DNA of 64,000 nt from the human T2T-CHM13v2.0 reference genome, Homo sapiens. Shown piece by piece: positions 1-21,234 of the stretch. The translations under genes and the position numbers were made by a program. The notes below the pieces were generated by a model that saw only the letters and a list, made by a program, of their open reading frames with translations, did no database searches and was not told where the DNA came from. The stretch is taken from assembly GCF_009914755.1 (NCBI RefSeq), contig NC_060941.1, one strand, 5' to 3'. Numbering within the stretch: position 1 is the stretch's first letter; every line of letters begins with the position of its first letter.

Positions 1-176
1 TGGGGACTTTCGGAGGGTGGAGGGTGGGAGGAAGGAGAGGATTGGGAAAAATAACTAATGGCTACTAGGCTTAAAACTTGGGGGACAAAATAATATGTAC
101 AACAAAACCCCATGACACAAGTTTACCTAGTAACAAACCTGCACTTGTACCCCAGAACTTAAAAGTTAAAAAAAAA
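1..176 (+). mobile_element. LINE-1 3' end (older L1PA/L1PB type) with poly(A)
   Basis: Typical L1 3' UTR (ggagggtgggagg...catgacacaagtttacc...aacctgcacttgtacccc...acttaaaagttaaaaaaaaa). Confidence 0.9.
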
Positions 177-248
177 TCTATTGACTCAAAAGCCTGGTAA
201 GCAGCTTTCACTGTTTTCACCAAACCTCATCAGACCCAAAACAATAGA
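177..248 (-). repeat. Copy 1 of an unclassified three-copy ~70-120 bp element (candidate structured RNA)
   Basis: Shares tgactcaaaa..gctttcac..cacca.acctc.tcaga with 352-470 and 3584-3684; folds on the minus strand. Confidence 0.75.
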
Positions 249-351
249 CCTTCCATTGTCTTGACCAAAGGTAAAGATCCGCCTCACAAGAAAGGAGCCA
301 GCTGTTTATTGCACGTAAGGCAGTTTTTTAAAGAACTCCTTTAAAAAACAA

Positions 352-470
352 TCTGTTGACTCAAAAGCCTCGTGACCAGCTTTCACAGTATTCACCAGAC
401 CTCGTCAGAGCCACAATAAACTTTCCCATAATAGCTTCGGTGTCCCAGAAGACAGCAGCAAAGCTATGGG
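352..470 (-). repeat. Copy 2 (most complete) of the three-copy element; two hairpins on the minus strand
   Basis: Alignable by eye to copies 1 and 3; extra hairpin (minus strand cccatagctttg...cgaagctattatggg). Confidence 0.75.
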
Positions 471-634
471 TTGATTTATCAGTCATTATTAACATACGTA
501 TCTGCACACAGTTGGATTTCTTTTAAATGGGGCCTAATTTTTTTTTCTGACCCTTGTACCATGTTTGCCCACCTGATTTTGTTATCTAAAGGCTTTATGT
601 GAAGTCAGGAGAGTTTCCAACACTAAGATGATAG

Positions 635-1222
<588 letters not shown>

Positions 1223-1796
1223 TAATGAGACAGGGTCTAACTCTGTTGCCCAGGCTGGAGTGCAGTGGTGTGATGTCAGCTCACTGCACCTTCCACCTCC
1301 CAGTCTCAAGCAATCCTCCTGCCTCAGCTTCCTGAGTAGCTGGGACTAGGCGCATGCCACCACACCCAGTTGATTTTTGTATTTTTTGTAGAGACAGGGT
1401 TTTGCCATGTTGCCCAGGACGTTCTTGAACTCTGGGCTCAGGCGATCCTCCCGCCTCAGCCTCCCAAAGTACCTGGATTACAGGCATGAACCACCTCACC
1501 CAGCTCTTCTAAAGTCTTAATCACTTACTGAATTACAGCTCTTACCCAGAACTCTCACCTGTCTTTTGTTACTACCTTCCAGGGCATCTTTAGGGTTGTT
1601 CCCATTTTCTTCTCTTTGAAAACATCTCCTGTCTCTGATCACATGTCCTAGACCACCCACCTCCAAATCTCCTTTATGCCACCAGGTGATCTCAATACTG
1701 TCACTTCAGTCATAATTGCAAGATTTTTCTTACTGATTCCTTTTATCTTGCGTTGGAACACAGGTTTGTTACACACCCCAATATCCATTCTCTCCC

Positions 1797-3116
<1,320 letters not shown>

Positions 3117-3144
3117 CTTTTTTTTTTTTTTTTTTTTTTTTTGA

Positions 3145-3360
<216 letters not shown>

Positions 3361-3583
3361 TGATCCACCCACCTTGGCCTCCCAAAGCACTAGGATTACA
3401 GTCATGAGTCACTGCACCCAGCCTCCGCACTATTATTTTTTTAAATGTATGTAGCCAGATATACATTCTAACATATGGAATTTATAAAGTCATGTTGCAT
3501 ATAAATCTAATTTACCTAGACCCATGCAAAAGTCATTAGGCCCAGGGTGGGCCTTGCAGAGAGAACAGATAAAGGGTAGGGAA

Positions 3584-3684
3584 TTCTACTGACTCAAAAC
3601 CCTTCTGACCGGCTTTCACGGGCTTACCAGATTCCCCTAGTGCCACAGAAAACATCTCATAATAGCTTTAGTGTCCAGAGGCAG
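3584..3684 (-). repeat. Copy 3 (more diverged) of the three-copy element
   Basis: tgactcaaaa...tgacc.gctttcac...gccaca...cataatagctt..gtgtcc is colinear with copy 2. Confidence 0.7.
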
Positions 3685-3739
3685 AAGATATTATAATATT
3701 TTGTAACTTTTTTGCATAATTGTACTATTCTTGCAAGAA

Positions 3740-5370
<1,631 letters not shown>

Positions 5371-5507
5371 TTTTCCAAGGAGGATTGTAAATTAGAATGA
5401 CATGAAAACAAAAACCCAAGGACATGGTGCTTATCTCCATGAACAGTATATAAATAAAAATAATTTACCAATTAAGAAATCTCGTCTTGGCCTTGTGCAG
5501 TGGCTCA

Positions 5508-6008
<501 letters not shown>

Positions 6009-6612
6009 GAGAGTAAATGAGATATCCCAGTTCTCAGGGAGCACAGTTGTTTAATAGGGGACATGTGAATAAATACAACACAGTAAGTGCTACTTCTAGA
6101 ACCAGGCTCCTTGTATGGTAGGGTCTAGGGCTCCTCTATGGAGTGGTGTAAGATGACACACTTTCTTTGTCATCCAGCTATTTGCATACACTGAGAAAGA
6201 TGTTGCTTTCTGGGAGGCAAAAACTTCAACACTATCTATTATTGATGTATCTGAGGATCTTGGGTGCCCAGGCAAGAGCAAGATTGCCAGAAAGGACTAT
6301 AGAAGCCTTAAGAAAGATCTCACTTTAAAGAAAGGAAGAATTGGCTGGGTGGGGCAGCTATCCTAGCCTATGACCTTCATAGTCCTGGCTTGTGGAAGTC
6401 TCACCTGATATCCTGTCAAACATGAAATATGCCCACATCTCATACTATATTAATCTATGTGTATATATATTAGTTTTATATGAGATGAGTTTGCTTGTTT
6501 TTTTGAGATGGAGTCTCACTCTGTTGCCCGGGTCTGGAGCAGTGGCTTGACCTTGGCTCACTGCAACCTCTGCCTCCTGGGTTCAGGCGATTCTCCTGCC
6601 TCAGCCTCCTGA

Positions 6613-6795
<183 letters not shown>

Positions 6796-7066
6796 TGAGA
6801 TGAGTTTTATCAGTTGGTTGACATACCATTATAATTTGTTAGCATTTTATTAATTTTAATTGTTAAGTTTTTATAGTTTAAAACAAATACATATTGGCCA
6901 GGTGCAGTGGCTCATGCCTATAAAACCCGCACTTTGGGAGGCCGAGGCAGGAGATCACCTGAGGTCAGGAGTTCAAGACCAGCCTGGCCAACATGGTGAA
7001 ACCTCATCTCTACTAAAAATACAAAAATTAGCCGGGCGTGGTGGCAGGTGCCTGTAATCCCAGCTA

Positions 7067-7213
<147 letters not shown>

Positions 7214-7383
7214 TTAGGTCTCCAACCAGAAACCTTTTTGTAGGCTTTTACGTAGCTCATAGGCATTAGCAAGCATGCCTGACATGGCTAATAAGTTTTG
7301 TTAAGTTGAAAGAAGTTTCGTTTACTTTATCAAATATCCTTGAGCTAGTAAAATTTTATTATTTTTGTTTGTTTGTTTTTTGA

Positions 7384-7644
<261 letters not shown>

Positions 7645-7888
7645 TGAGCCACCCCGCCTGGCCAGATTTAGTTCTTTTTTTTTTTAAAATAAATAAATAA
7701 ATAAATAAATAAATCCATCTTGTGTTTGTTTTTGTTTTTGAGACAGAGTCTTACTCTGTTGCCCAGGCTGGAGTAAAGTGGCATAATCATAGCTCACTGC
7801 AGCCTGAAGCTCCTGGCCTCAGATGATCCTCCTACCTCAGCCTCCCTAGTAGCTAGGTCTACAGGTGTGTGCCACCACGCCCAGCTAA

Positions 7889-8233
<345 letters not shown>

Positions 8234-8262
8234 TGAGGCACCGTGCCCGGCCAGAACCCACC

Positions 8263-8598
8263 TTTTTATTGAGATATAATTTATATACCACAAGATTTTC
8301 CCATTTAAAGTGCACAACTGAATGGTCTTCAGTACAAAGAATTGTGCAACCATCACCACTATCTAATTTTAGAACATTTCATCGCTTCAGGAAGGAACTT
8401 TATGCCCATTTAAAGTCTCTCCCCATCCTTCCTCCAGCCCCTGACACCCACTAGTCTACTTTTTGTCTCTATGGATTAGCCTTTTATCGACATTTTATCT
8501 AAATGGAATCATACAATATGTGGTCTTTTGAGATTTCTTTCAACTTAGCCTAATGTTTTGAGGTTCATCCATGTTGTAGCATGTATCAGTGCTCCATT
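8263..8598 (-). mobile_element. L1MB-type 3' end
   Basis: ttttattgagatataatt...gtctctatggattagcc...aaatggaatcatacaatatgtggtc. Confidence 0.85.
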
Positions 8599-9214
8599 CT
8601 TTTTTTTGAGACAAGAGTTCCAGTCTGTTACCCAGGCTTGAGTGCAGTGGCAAGATTGACTCACTGCAACCTCCACCTCCTGGGCTCAGACGATTCTCCT
8701 GCCTCAGCCTCCCGAGTAGCTGGGATTACAGGCATGTGCCAACACGCCCAGCTAATGTTGTATTTTTAGTAGAGACGGGGTTTTACCATGTTGGCCAGGC
8801 TGGTATTGAACTCCTGGCCTCAAGTGATCCACCTGCCTCGGCCTCCCAAAGTGCTAGGATTACATGTGTGAGCCACTGCACCTAGCCAGAAGCTGGAATT
8901 TTAGATCAAAGATCATAGATAGGCCAGGTGAAGTGGCTCATGCCTGTAATCCCAACACTTTGGGAGGCCGTGGCAGGAGGATCACTTGAGGCCAGGAGTT
9001 CAAGACCAGCCTGGGCAACACAAGGAGACCCTGTCTCTACAAATTAGCTGAATATGGTGGCATATGGCTGTGGTTCCAGCTACTTGGGAGGCTGAGAGGT
9101 GGGAGGATCGCTTGAGCCTGGGAGGTCAAGGCTGCAGTGAGCCATTATCATGCCACTGCAATCCAGCCTGGGCAACAGAGCAAGACCCTGTTTCAAAAAA
9201 AAAAAAAAAAAAGA

Positions 9215-9805
9215 TCTTGCACTGCATGGCATCTGCACCCAGCAGTTTACTCTTGCTAAGGTGTTCAAAGGTCAGTGCTATAGAAATTCAGTATCTGGCA
9301 TCATTGGTTTTCTTGACTTTGTGCTTGTTAAACCTAGTATTTCTATTGATACAGTATTTGTATAGATTTCACAGAGTGCTTAGTTTGATATACTCTATAA
9401 CAGTAAGCAATGCCTTTCTTCTTCCAGGGTGTTGAATTGAGAACCAGGCAGATCCACCACCTACAGTAAAGATGACCCTAAAGTGAATTGGTTGAAGAAA
9501 TTAGATCCCAAAGATTCTTGGTGAATTTTCAAGTCTTCATCAGTATATCCATATTAAAAGGAGATGACAGAAGCCAAAATAAAAGAATTATGGGCTGACG
9601 GGACAACTGGATTAAAATAAGCATCAGTTTCGTTAAAAAGGGCTAACTTGAAGATAAATCTTTTGACTCCAGCTCTTTAGAGGATCTAAAGTGACCCTGA
9701 TGGACAGTGGAAAAAATCACAACATGGAATCCCTTGGATAAAAATCTATTGACTTTGAATAATTTTGCCTAATGTTACATAATACACAATTAAAAAAAAA
9801 AAAAA
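9215..9805 (+). pseudogene. Polyadenylated retrocopy of a non-coding transcript, probably SNHG29 (LRRC75A-AS1) 3' exons
   Basis: Non-repeat block ending in a poly(A) tract (9792-9805); matches my recollection of SNHG29 (gaaattagatcccaaagattcttggtg...gaagataaatcttttgactccagctctttagaggatc); parent not verified by search. Confidence 0.55.
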
Positions 9806-9872
9806 CCTTGGCCAGGCATGGTGGCTCACACCTGTAATCCCAGCACTTTGGGAGGCCGAGGTGGGCAGATCA

Positions 9873-10144
<272 letters not shown>

Positions 10145-10803
10145 TCAGGAGCCAAGTACCAAGTGTCAGGATCAGGATCCAGAAAGGCAGGATACAGCAG
10201 AGACACTAAAACCAGGACCATGGTAAAAGTGAGACACTGGAGAAAGAAACCAAAGAGAACACTGTAACCGGGAGCCTAGCTAATCTTGCAGTTGGATTGA
10301 GAGGCAAACTGGGTGATTTTTCCACTGGCTGACCTTTTAGAAGTTCCAGACATGTTCTCCCAAAGGCACTAAGTTCTGGGTCCCAGAGAAGTGGGCTCAT
10401 GGCACGGCTGATCTCAGAGTTGGTGCTTGTGCAGCTCCTGACACAAGGTGCCCCTCTAAATGAAGAGCCAAGGAGCACACGTTTATCGAAGGTCTACTTT
10501 GCGCCCCTTGTGGCAACACTCATACTTGGAGGCAGAGGCTACCATCAGAATATAAATTTTATCCTCAGGAAGATGAGAAGACAACTGGCTTAGAAACTAG
10601 CTTAGAACATTTCCAAGTTTGACACAGGGCCAGGGGCTGTCAAGCCTCAACCACAATGCAATCAACCACCAGCTCTATTCCACAGGCGCATGTCCAGGTC
10701 GGCTAATAAATGGAAAAGCCAGGATTAAGATTCAAGTTTCGTCCGGTCACGGTGGCTCACTCCTGTAATCCCAGCACCTTGGGAGGCCAAGGCGGGCAGA
10801 TCA

Positions 10804-11086
<283 letters not shown>

Positions 11087-11300
11087 TTATGGTGGTGCAG
11101 GCCTGTAGTCCTAGCTACTCAGCAGGCTGTGGCAGGGGGTGTCACTTGGAGGCTGCAGTGAGCTATGATTGCACCACTGCACTCCAGCCTGGGCCACAGA
11201 GCAAGATTCCGTTTCAGAAAAAAAATAAATAAATTTGGGCCGGTCTCGGTGGCTCACGCCTGTAATCCCAGCACTTTGGGAGACTGAGGCCGGTGGATCA

Positions 11301-11507
<207 letters not shown>

Positions 11508-11629
11508 TCAAAAAAATAAAATAAATAAAATAAATAAATTTTATCAATCATGGTGGTGTTTTTTGTTGTTGTTGTTGCTGTTTGACAGGGTCTTAAAAAT
11601 AAATAATTTAAGTAAATAAAAATAAATAA

Positions 11630-11829
11630 TTTCCTGATTTTCCAGCTTGCAGATAGCATATTGAGTAAGCCAGCTCCCCTAACAAACCTTCTATGGCTCT
11701 CTAAATATATCGTATTGGTTCTGTTTCTCTGGAGAACTCTGACTAAATACATCGGTCTAGAACCTAACTCTATTCTGCATATAAGCACTGAGTATTGTAG
11801 CACATTGTTTATTTTACTTTATTTTATTT

Positions 11830-11830
<1 letters not shown>
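11630..11830 (+). repeat. Local ~200-bp duplicate of 12462-12662 (MLT2 3' end plus flank)
   Basis: About 95% identical by eye, including the LTR/flank junction. Confidence 0.93.
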
Positions 11831-11872
<42 letters not shown>

Positions 11873-11955
11873 TTTTTGAGATGGAGTGCAGTAGTGTGAT
11901 CAGCAATCCTCCCAAGTAGTTGGGACCACTGGTACACACCACCACACCTGGCTAA

Positions 11956-12583
<628 letters not shown>

Positions 12584-13381
12584 TCAGTCTAGAACCTAAC
12601 TCTACTCTGCATATAAGCATTGAGTATTGTAGCACATTTTTTATTTTACTTTATTTTTTATTTATTTATTTATTTTTGAGATGGAGTCTTGCTCTGTCAC
12701 CCAGGCTGGAGTGCAGTGGCACGATATCAGCTTACTACAACCTCTGTCTCCTGGGTTCGAGCGATTCTCCTGCCTCAACTCCTGAGTAGCTGGGACTACA
12801 GGTGCACGCCACCACGCCCAGCTAATTTTTGTAATTTTAGTAGAGACAGAGTTTCACCATATTGGTCAGGCTGGTCTCGAACTCCTGACCTCAGGTGATC
12901 CACCCACCTTGGCCTCTCAAAGTGCTGGGATTACAGACATCAGCCACCACGCCCAGACTTATTTTATTTTATTTATGTATTTATTTGAGACAGGGTCTTG
13001 CTCTGTTGCCCAGGGTGGAGTGCAGTGGTGCACCTCGGCTCACTGCAACCTCCGCCTCCCAGGTTCAAGTGATTCTCCTGCCTCAGCCTCCAGAGTAACT
13101 GGGACTACAGGCGTGCTCCACCACACCAGGCTAAATTTTTATATTTTTAGTAGAGACGGGGTTTCACCATATTGGCCAGGTTGGTCTCCAACTCCTGACC
13201 TCGTGATCTGCCTGCCTGGGCCCCCCAAAGTGCTGGGATTACAGGTGTGAGCCACCGCACCCAGCCTTATTTTATTTTATTTATGTATTTATTTGAGACA
13301 GGGTTTCACTCTGTTACCCAGGCTGGAGTGCAGCGGTGCAATCATGGTTCACTGCAACCTCTAGCTTCCAAGCTCAAGTGA

Positions 13382-14100
<719 letters not shown>

Positions 14101-14200
14101 GAGATGGAGTTTTACAATGTTGCCCAGGGTGATCTCGAAATCCTGATCTCAAGTGATCCACCTGCCTCAGCCTCCCAAAGTGTTGGGATTACAGGCGTGA

Positions 14201-14446
<246 letters not shown>

Positions 14447-14525
14447 TGACCTCGTGATCTGCCTGCCTTGGCCTCCCAAAGTGCTGGGATTACACGTGTG
14501 AGCCACCGCGCCTGGCCCCAGCTAA

Positions 14526-14711
<186 letters not shown>

Positions 14712-15074
14712 TAAATTCTGTGCTTCGTTTTGTGCAGGGCCCTCCCAAAAGTTATTTCCTCTTTTGGAAAGGATGTCACTACTGGCCACAGTACCCCTGG
14801 TATTTAAGTCAATGATGTTGTCCACCCATCCCAGTCTGTCTTTGTAGTGTGCCAGTTGGGATGACTCCATAGCTACGCACAGGCATCTGGTTACTTCCTT
14901 ATGTCTTCTAGTGTAGCCATGCCCAAGCATTTACATATTGAAATTTTGTATCTTATTTACCTTATTTTATTATAAATTAAATGCCATTTATTTCTCCTTT
15001 ATATTAGGTCATTGTATTGTGGAGTTTCATTTTTGGAATTATGTGCATAAGTGGGTTATTTTCTATATTAATTT

Positions 15075-15255
15075 CTTTTTTTATCTTCAACTTTTAAGTT
15101 CTGGGGTGCATGTGCAGGATGTTTAGGTTTGTTACATAGGTAAACATGTGCTACGCTGGTTTGCTGCACAGATCATCCCATCGTCTGGGTATTAAGCCCA
15201 GCATCCATTAACTGTTCTTCCTGATGCTCTCCCTCCCCCCTCAACCTCCCCGCTC
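15075..15255 (-). mobile_element. L1PA 3' end fragment
   Basis: cttttaagttctggggtgcatgtgcaggat...ggtttgctgcacagatcatccca. Confidence 0.9.
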
Positions 15256-15347
15256 CCATGAATTTCATTTCAGGAGAACAGAGAGAGTATTACAAAATGT
15301 TTGGTTAAAAGGAGGGTAATGGGCACGATCCAGTTGAAAATGACTGA

Positions 15348-15642
<295 letters not shown>

Positions 15643-15659
15643 TAGCCAGGATGGTCTCA

Positions 15660-15749
<90 letters not shown>

Positions 15750-16266
15750 TTACACACTAGTTAGCATTCAGTGTGTATTTGGTTTAGAGAAAGGCCAGCA
15801 AAAAAATCATCCAGGAACCAGGCACGGTGGCTCACGCCTGTAATCCCAGCACTTTGGAAGGTCGAGGTGGGAGGATTGCTTGAGCCCAGGAATTCGAGAC
15901 CAGCCTGGGCAACATGGTGAAACTCTTTCTCTACAAAATAAATACAAAAGCTAGCCGGGCATGGTGGTGCACTCCTGTAGTCCCAGCTGCTTAGGAGGCT
16001 GAGGTGGGAGGATGGTTTATGCCTGGGAGGTTGCATTGAGCCTGAGATCGTGCCAATGTACTCCAGCCTGGGTGACAGAGGGAGACCTGGTCTCAAAAAA
16101 AAAAAAAAAAAAAAAAAAAAAAGCAAAAACAGCAAAGGGATTATCCAGAGCAGGCAGAGGATAGCTCCTTTGTCCCAGATCCCTTGCGGGTATAAGCAAC
16201 CTCCACTTCCTGGATCATAAGTAGCAAGGAACACCCAGCCACAAAAACCTGCCCAGTTACTCAGTG

Positions 16267-17327
16267 TGTCAGAGGCGTTTAAACCAGAGCGACTCCATCT
16301 TGAATAGGGGCTGGGTAAAAAGAGGCTGAGACCTACAGGGCTGCATTCCCAGGAGGTTAGGCATTCTAAGTCACAGGATGAGATGGGAGGTCTGCACAAG
16401 ATACGGATCACAAAGACCTTGCTGATAGAACAGGTTGCGGTAAAGAAGCTGGCCAAATCCCACCATAACCAAGATGGCGACGAGAGCGACCTCTGGTCGT
16501 CCTCGCTGCTCATGATACGCTAATTATAATTCATTGGCATGCTAAAAGACACTCCCAGCGGCAGCATGACAATTTACAAATGCCATGGGAATGTCAGGAG
16601 GCTACCCTACATGGTCTAAAAGAGGGAAGAACCCTTGATTCCGAGACTTGCCCACCCCTTTCCCAGAAAACTCATGAATAATCCACCCCTTGTTTACCAT
16701 ATAATCAAGAAATAACTATAAGTATCCTTAGTCCAGCAGCCCAAGCTGCTGCTCTGCCTATGGAGTAGCCGTTCTTTATTCTTTTACTTTCTTAATAAAC
16801 TTGCTTTCACTTTATGGATTCGCCTCTAATTTTTTCTTGTGCAAGATCCAAGAACCCTCTCTTGAGGTCTCGATTGGGACCCCTTTCCGGTGTTAAAGCA
16901 AACTAAATATGGCCTGAGAAGGACTCCGTATTTCTATATTTGAATCCTTGTGGGTGAACCAAAACCTAGCTTAATAGGTAGACAATATTGAAAACCTAAC
17001 CTAGAAGTATGCACCTGTAACAATAGCTAGGTCTTGGCCAATGCCTGTGGCCATACTTCAGCCATTCATACACTGCTGAGTGTTCAAAGTCTGTTCAAAT
17101 AAGGGAAACAACGAGGTGTAACCAATCCAGCTGTTCTTTACCTTACTTCCAAATTCTGTACGTCATTTCCCATTTTTTGTCTATAAACCTTCTTCCACCA
17201 CGTGGCTACGCTGGAATCTCTGAATCTGCTGTGATTCTGGGGGCTACCCAATTTGCAAATTGTCATTGCTTAATTAAACGCCATTAAATTTAATTCGGCT
17301 GAAGTTTTTCTTTTATCACCGGTAACA
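16267..17327 (+). mobile_element. MER41(B-like) solo LTR, interrupted near its 3' end by a MER57 LTR
   Basis: tgtcagaggcgtttaaaccagagcgactccatcttg start; ...cccctttccgg[insert]taaca end; GAS motif ttcccagaa at 16660-16668. Confidence 0.9.
16891..17318 (+). mobile_element. MER57(A-like) solo LTR nested in MER41
   Basis: tgttaaagcaaactaaatatggcctgag...gaagtttttcttttatca, flanked by 4-bp TSD ccgg. Confidence 0.85.
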
Positions 17328-17478
17328 ACTGCGCAGAGAACAGCTGCAGACACTAAATGGAACTGAAGAGCACAAGCCCTGCCTGGGAAGGTCCGGAGGG
17401 TGGGAGGATGCTGAGTGGGGAGGAGGGGGTGCAGGGGCGCGGGGGTGTCTCTGAATGCAAATAGACATTGCCAGGCTA

Positions 17479-17903
<425 letters not shown>

Positions 17904-19204
17904 TCAGTCCTATGATGATGAGGACTTCTCAACAGTCCTATCCATTCCACTCCATAAAAGTTCTTGCCTATGTAAATTTTCCTCTGGGGATCGTCAGGCC
18001 TCCCCTCTTCTTGCCAATTCAGGACTGCCAACCCACCCTTTCAAATCCTGGCTTTGGACTTGATGTTTCAAAGCTTTCCTTCCTTCTTTGTTTGCCCTTT
18101 CCCGAGACTCAATACCAGTTCGCCTTTGCACCATGACCCAGAGCACAGGCCTAACCCACCCTCACTGGAGAATCAATTTCGGTATTTTCCATTGCCTCAT
18201 AACTGCTGACCGATCATGTCCTCTTTCAAGCCCAGACCTGACTCCCAAGCTCCTGGCCTGGGCTAGAATCCAAGGCCCTATTTGCCAAGGAGAAGAGGTT
18301 GGACAGTTTTTCCAGCTGCTGCCTTGCTGAAACCAGAGCCTCATACCCGGTACCCTGACCTCATCAGTCCCATAGTTTGCATTACTCGTCTCTCAGAGGT
18401 GAGGAAGGGCTTTCACCACCAATATAACATTTTTTTTTTCACTTTTGGAAAAGAAATTAAGAGCATCCAGTGTCCAGTGTCTACCTCCAAGAGGAATAGC
18501 CCTGTTGGAAAACCTAAATTAGCCATTTGGGCAGCTCACCTATGTATTCTGCAAAGTCCTATTCTTTAGGGCATTTCTTGGGTTTGTACTGACCCACTGA
18601 ATTTAAATGCTAGTGATAGAATCCAAGATTATATTCGAGATATCACTCCTTCCTTACACCTCAAACACAAACCAACAAAAACCCAGACATTTGCTAGGTG
18701 TAAAAGTCCATTAGAATTCTGAATACAATTTGATTTTTTTTCTTTTGATTATTTAGAAAGTATCTAGAGTATTGTGTCATGCAGTGGATTTTCTGGCAAA
18801 TAAGAAGTCCATTCTGACTTGCCTTTAAGCCGCCTTCTACTTTGGATTCCTTTCCTCCTCTTTCTTCCCCATTGGTCACCTTTCCCTACAAAAATGATCA
18901 AGCTCCAATTCCCATCCTTCTCCCTGTCTGTGTCTTGCAAATTTCACAAGCCTCTGGTGTCAAAAGCATGTTGATGGCCCAGTCACTGCTGCTCCTGCAA
19001 AGCAGTCAACTAGGTTCCTGGAGCTCCAGCCTTCCTGGCTTCCCCAGGGAGATGAGAGTAAGCTCTGGTTTCAACAATGTGGGGGATGTCTTAGGGTAGG
19101 GAGAGGCTCAACTTCGAGTTGCAGCTGGTTTGTCCTAGGGTATTTAAAATCAAACATATGTGGCTGGGCAAGGTGGCTCACGCCTGTAATCCCAGTACTT
19201 TTTA

Positions 19205-19456
<252 letters not shown>

Positions 19457-20178
19457 TCAAACATATGTTGCCTTGATTAATTTTCTCCCAAAACCCTCTC
19501 CTGTCTGGACTGCATAGGAGATTCATATTCCTTCTATTAACACAGCGTTCATCCTGTTTCTTATAAACGAATCTGTTTTGCCCCGTGCTTAGCACGTGAG
19601 CCTGCCCATGTTCCTTGCTCACAGTTGCATGACAAAGCATCCTACCTCAACTGACAACCATTGCTGGCAGGCCCAAATTGCCGGGAGGTTTCTTGGCGCC
19701 TCAGGGGATGGGAGCAGGATGAAAATTCAGCTCACCCAGCCTCATTACAATTAGGATTATTACTCGTGTCTCCATGCCCAGCCTGTCAGGCTGGGAGTGC
19801 CCGAGGAAGTGAGATTTGCTAATTCTTTAAATATTGAGTCAGCAAGGTATGACCTAAATAGTAACTCTCTATTAAATAGAACTTTAATTACAAAACAACA
19901 GCAATAACAATAAGAGCAAATCTGTTTTTCCAGTCTAGATATTATTATCTAGGTCAGGCCAGATAACCAGATTTACTGTACAGACTTCATGGGGCTGCTT
20001 TTGGAATATGTACAGCACCATAACCACCCTGATGTTCCTGTTTCCAGGCCATCAAGTTCAAATCGAAATCTGAGAATTCCTATCAGGAAAGCTCATGACC
20101 GCCCTTTGAGAGATTTTGTAAAATTGAGCAAAGCACATCCTGACAGATATTTAGATATAGTGCTACAGGCCATTTTGA

Positions 20179-20442
<264 letters not shown>

Positions 20443-20841
20443 TGATCTGCCTGCCTCAAAGTCAGGAGTTCAAGACCAGCCTGGCCAACATGATGAAACC
20501 CCATCTCTACCAAAAATACAAAAAATTAGCCAGGTGTGGTGGCCTGCACCTGTAGTTCCAGTTAATTGGGAGGCTGAGGCAGGAATTGCCTGAACTCAGG
20601 AGACAGAGGTTGCAGTGAGCTGAGATTGCACCACTGCACTCCAGCCTGGGCGACAGAGCAAGACTCCATCTCAAACCCAAACAAACAAACAAACAAACAA
20701 ACCAAAAGACCTTTGAAGGGAAAATGATAATATGATAATACGAAGGGCAAAATTGTGATCCATCTGGCTTGGTTTATTATGTTTTTTCCCCCAGAATCCA
20801 GTCCCAATCAAAGTGTGTAAACAGCACATAAGACTGTGTTA

Positions 20842-21123
<282 letters not shown>

Positions 21124-21234
21124 TCAAAAAGAATAAATAAATAAAGACTGTGTTACCTGCACTTCTGCCATTCACCATTCCAAGGAACTGCCTGTTGGGC
21201 CCAGGCGTTCCCAGAAAAAAAGTGAAGTGCAGAT

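Noticed and set aside
177-248. Functional SECIS implying a selenoprotein gene
   Set aside because: C instead of A/G precedes UGA, the apical AA is not conserved across copies, and no upstream UGA-containing ORF is evident; kept only as a structural analogy
185-410. Hammerhead ribozyme-like CUGAUGA/CUGACGA...GAAA cores on the minus strand of copies 1 and 2
   Set aside because: Stem II is poorly formed and stem I cannot pair next to the cleavage site; the long-hairpin fold explains the bases better
10496-10518. CTCF-like motif tgcgccccttgtggca
   Set aside because: One base short of the core spacing; insufficient support
15761-16513. 250-aa ORF, the longest in the track
   Set aside because: Composite of antisense MER41, spacer and Alu
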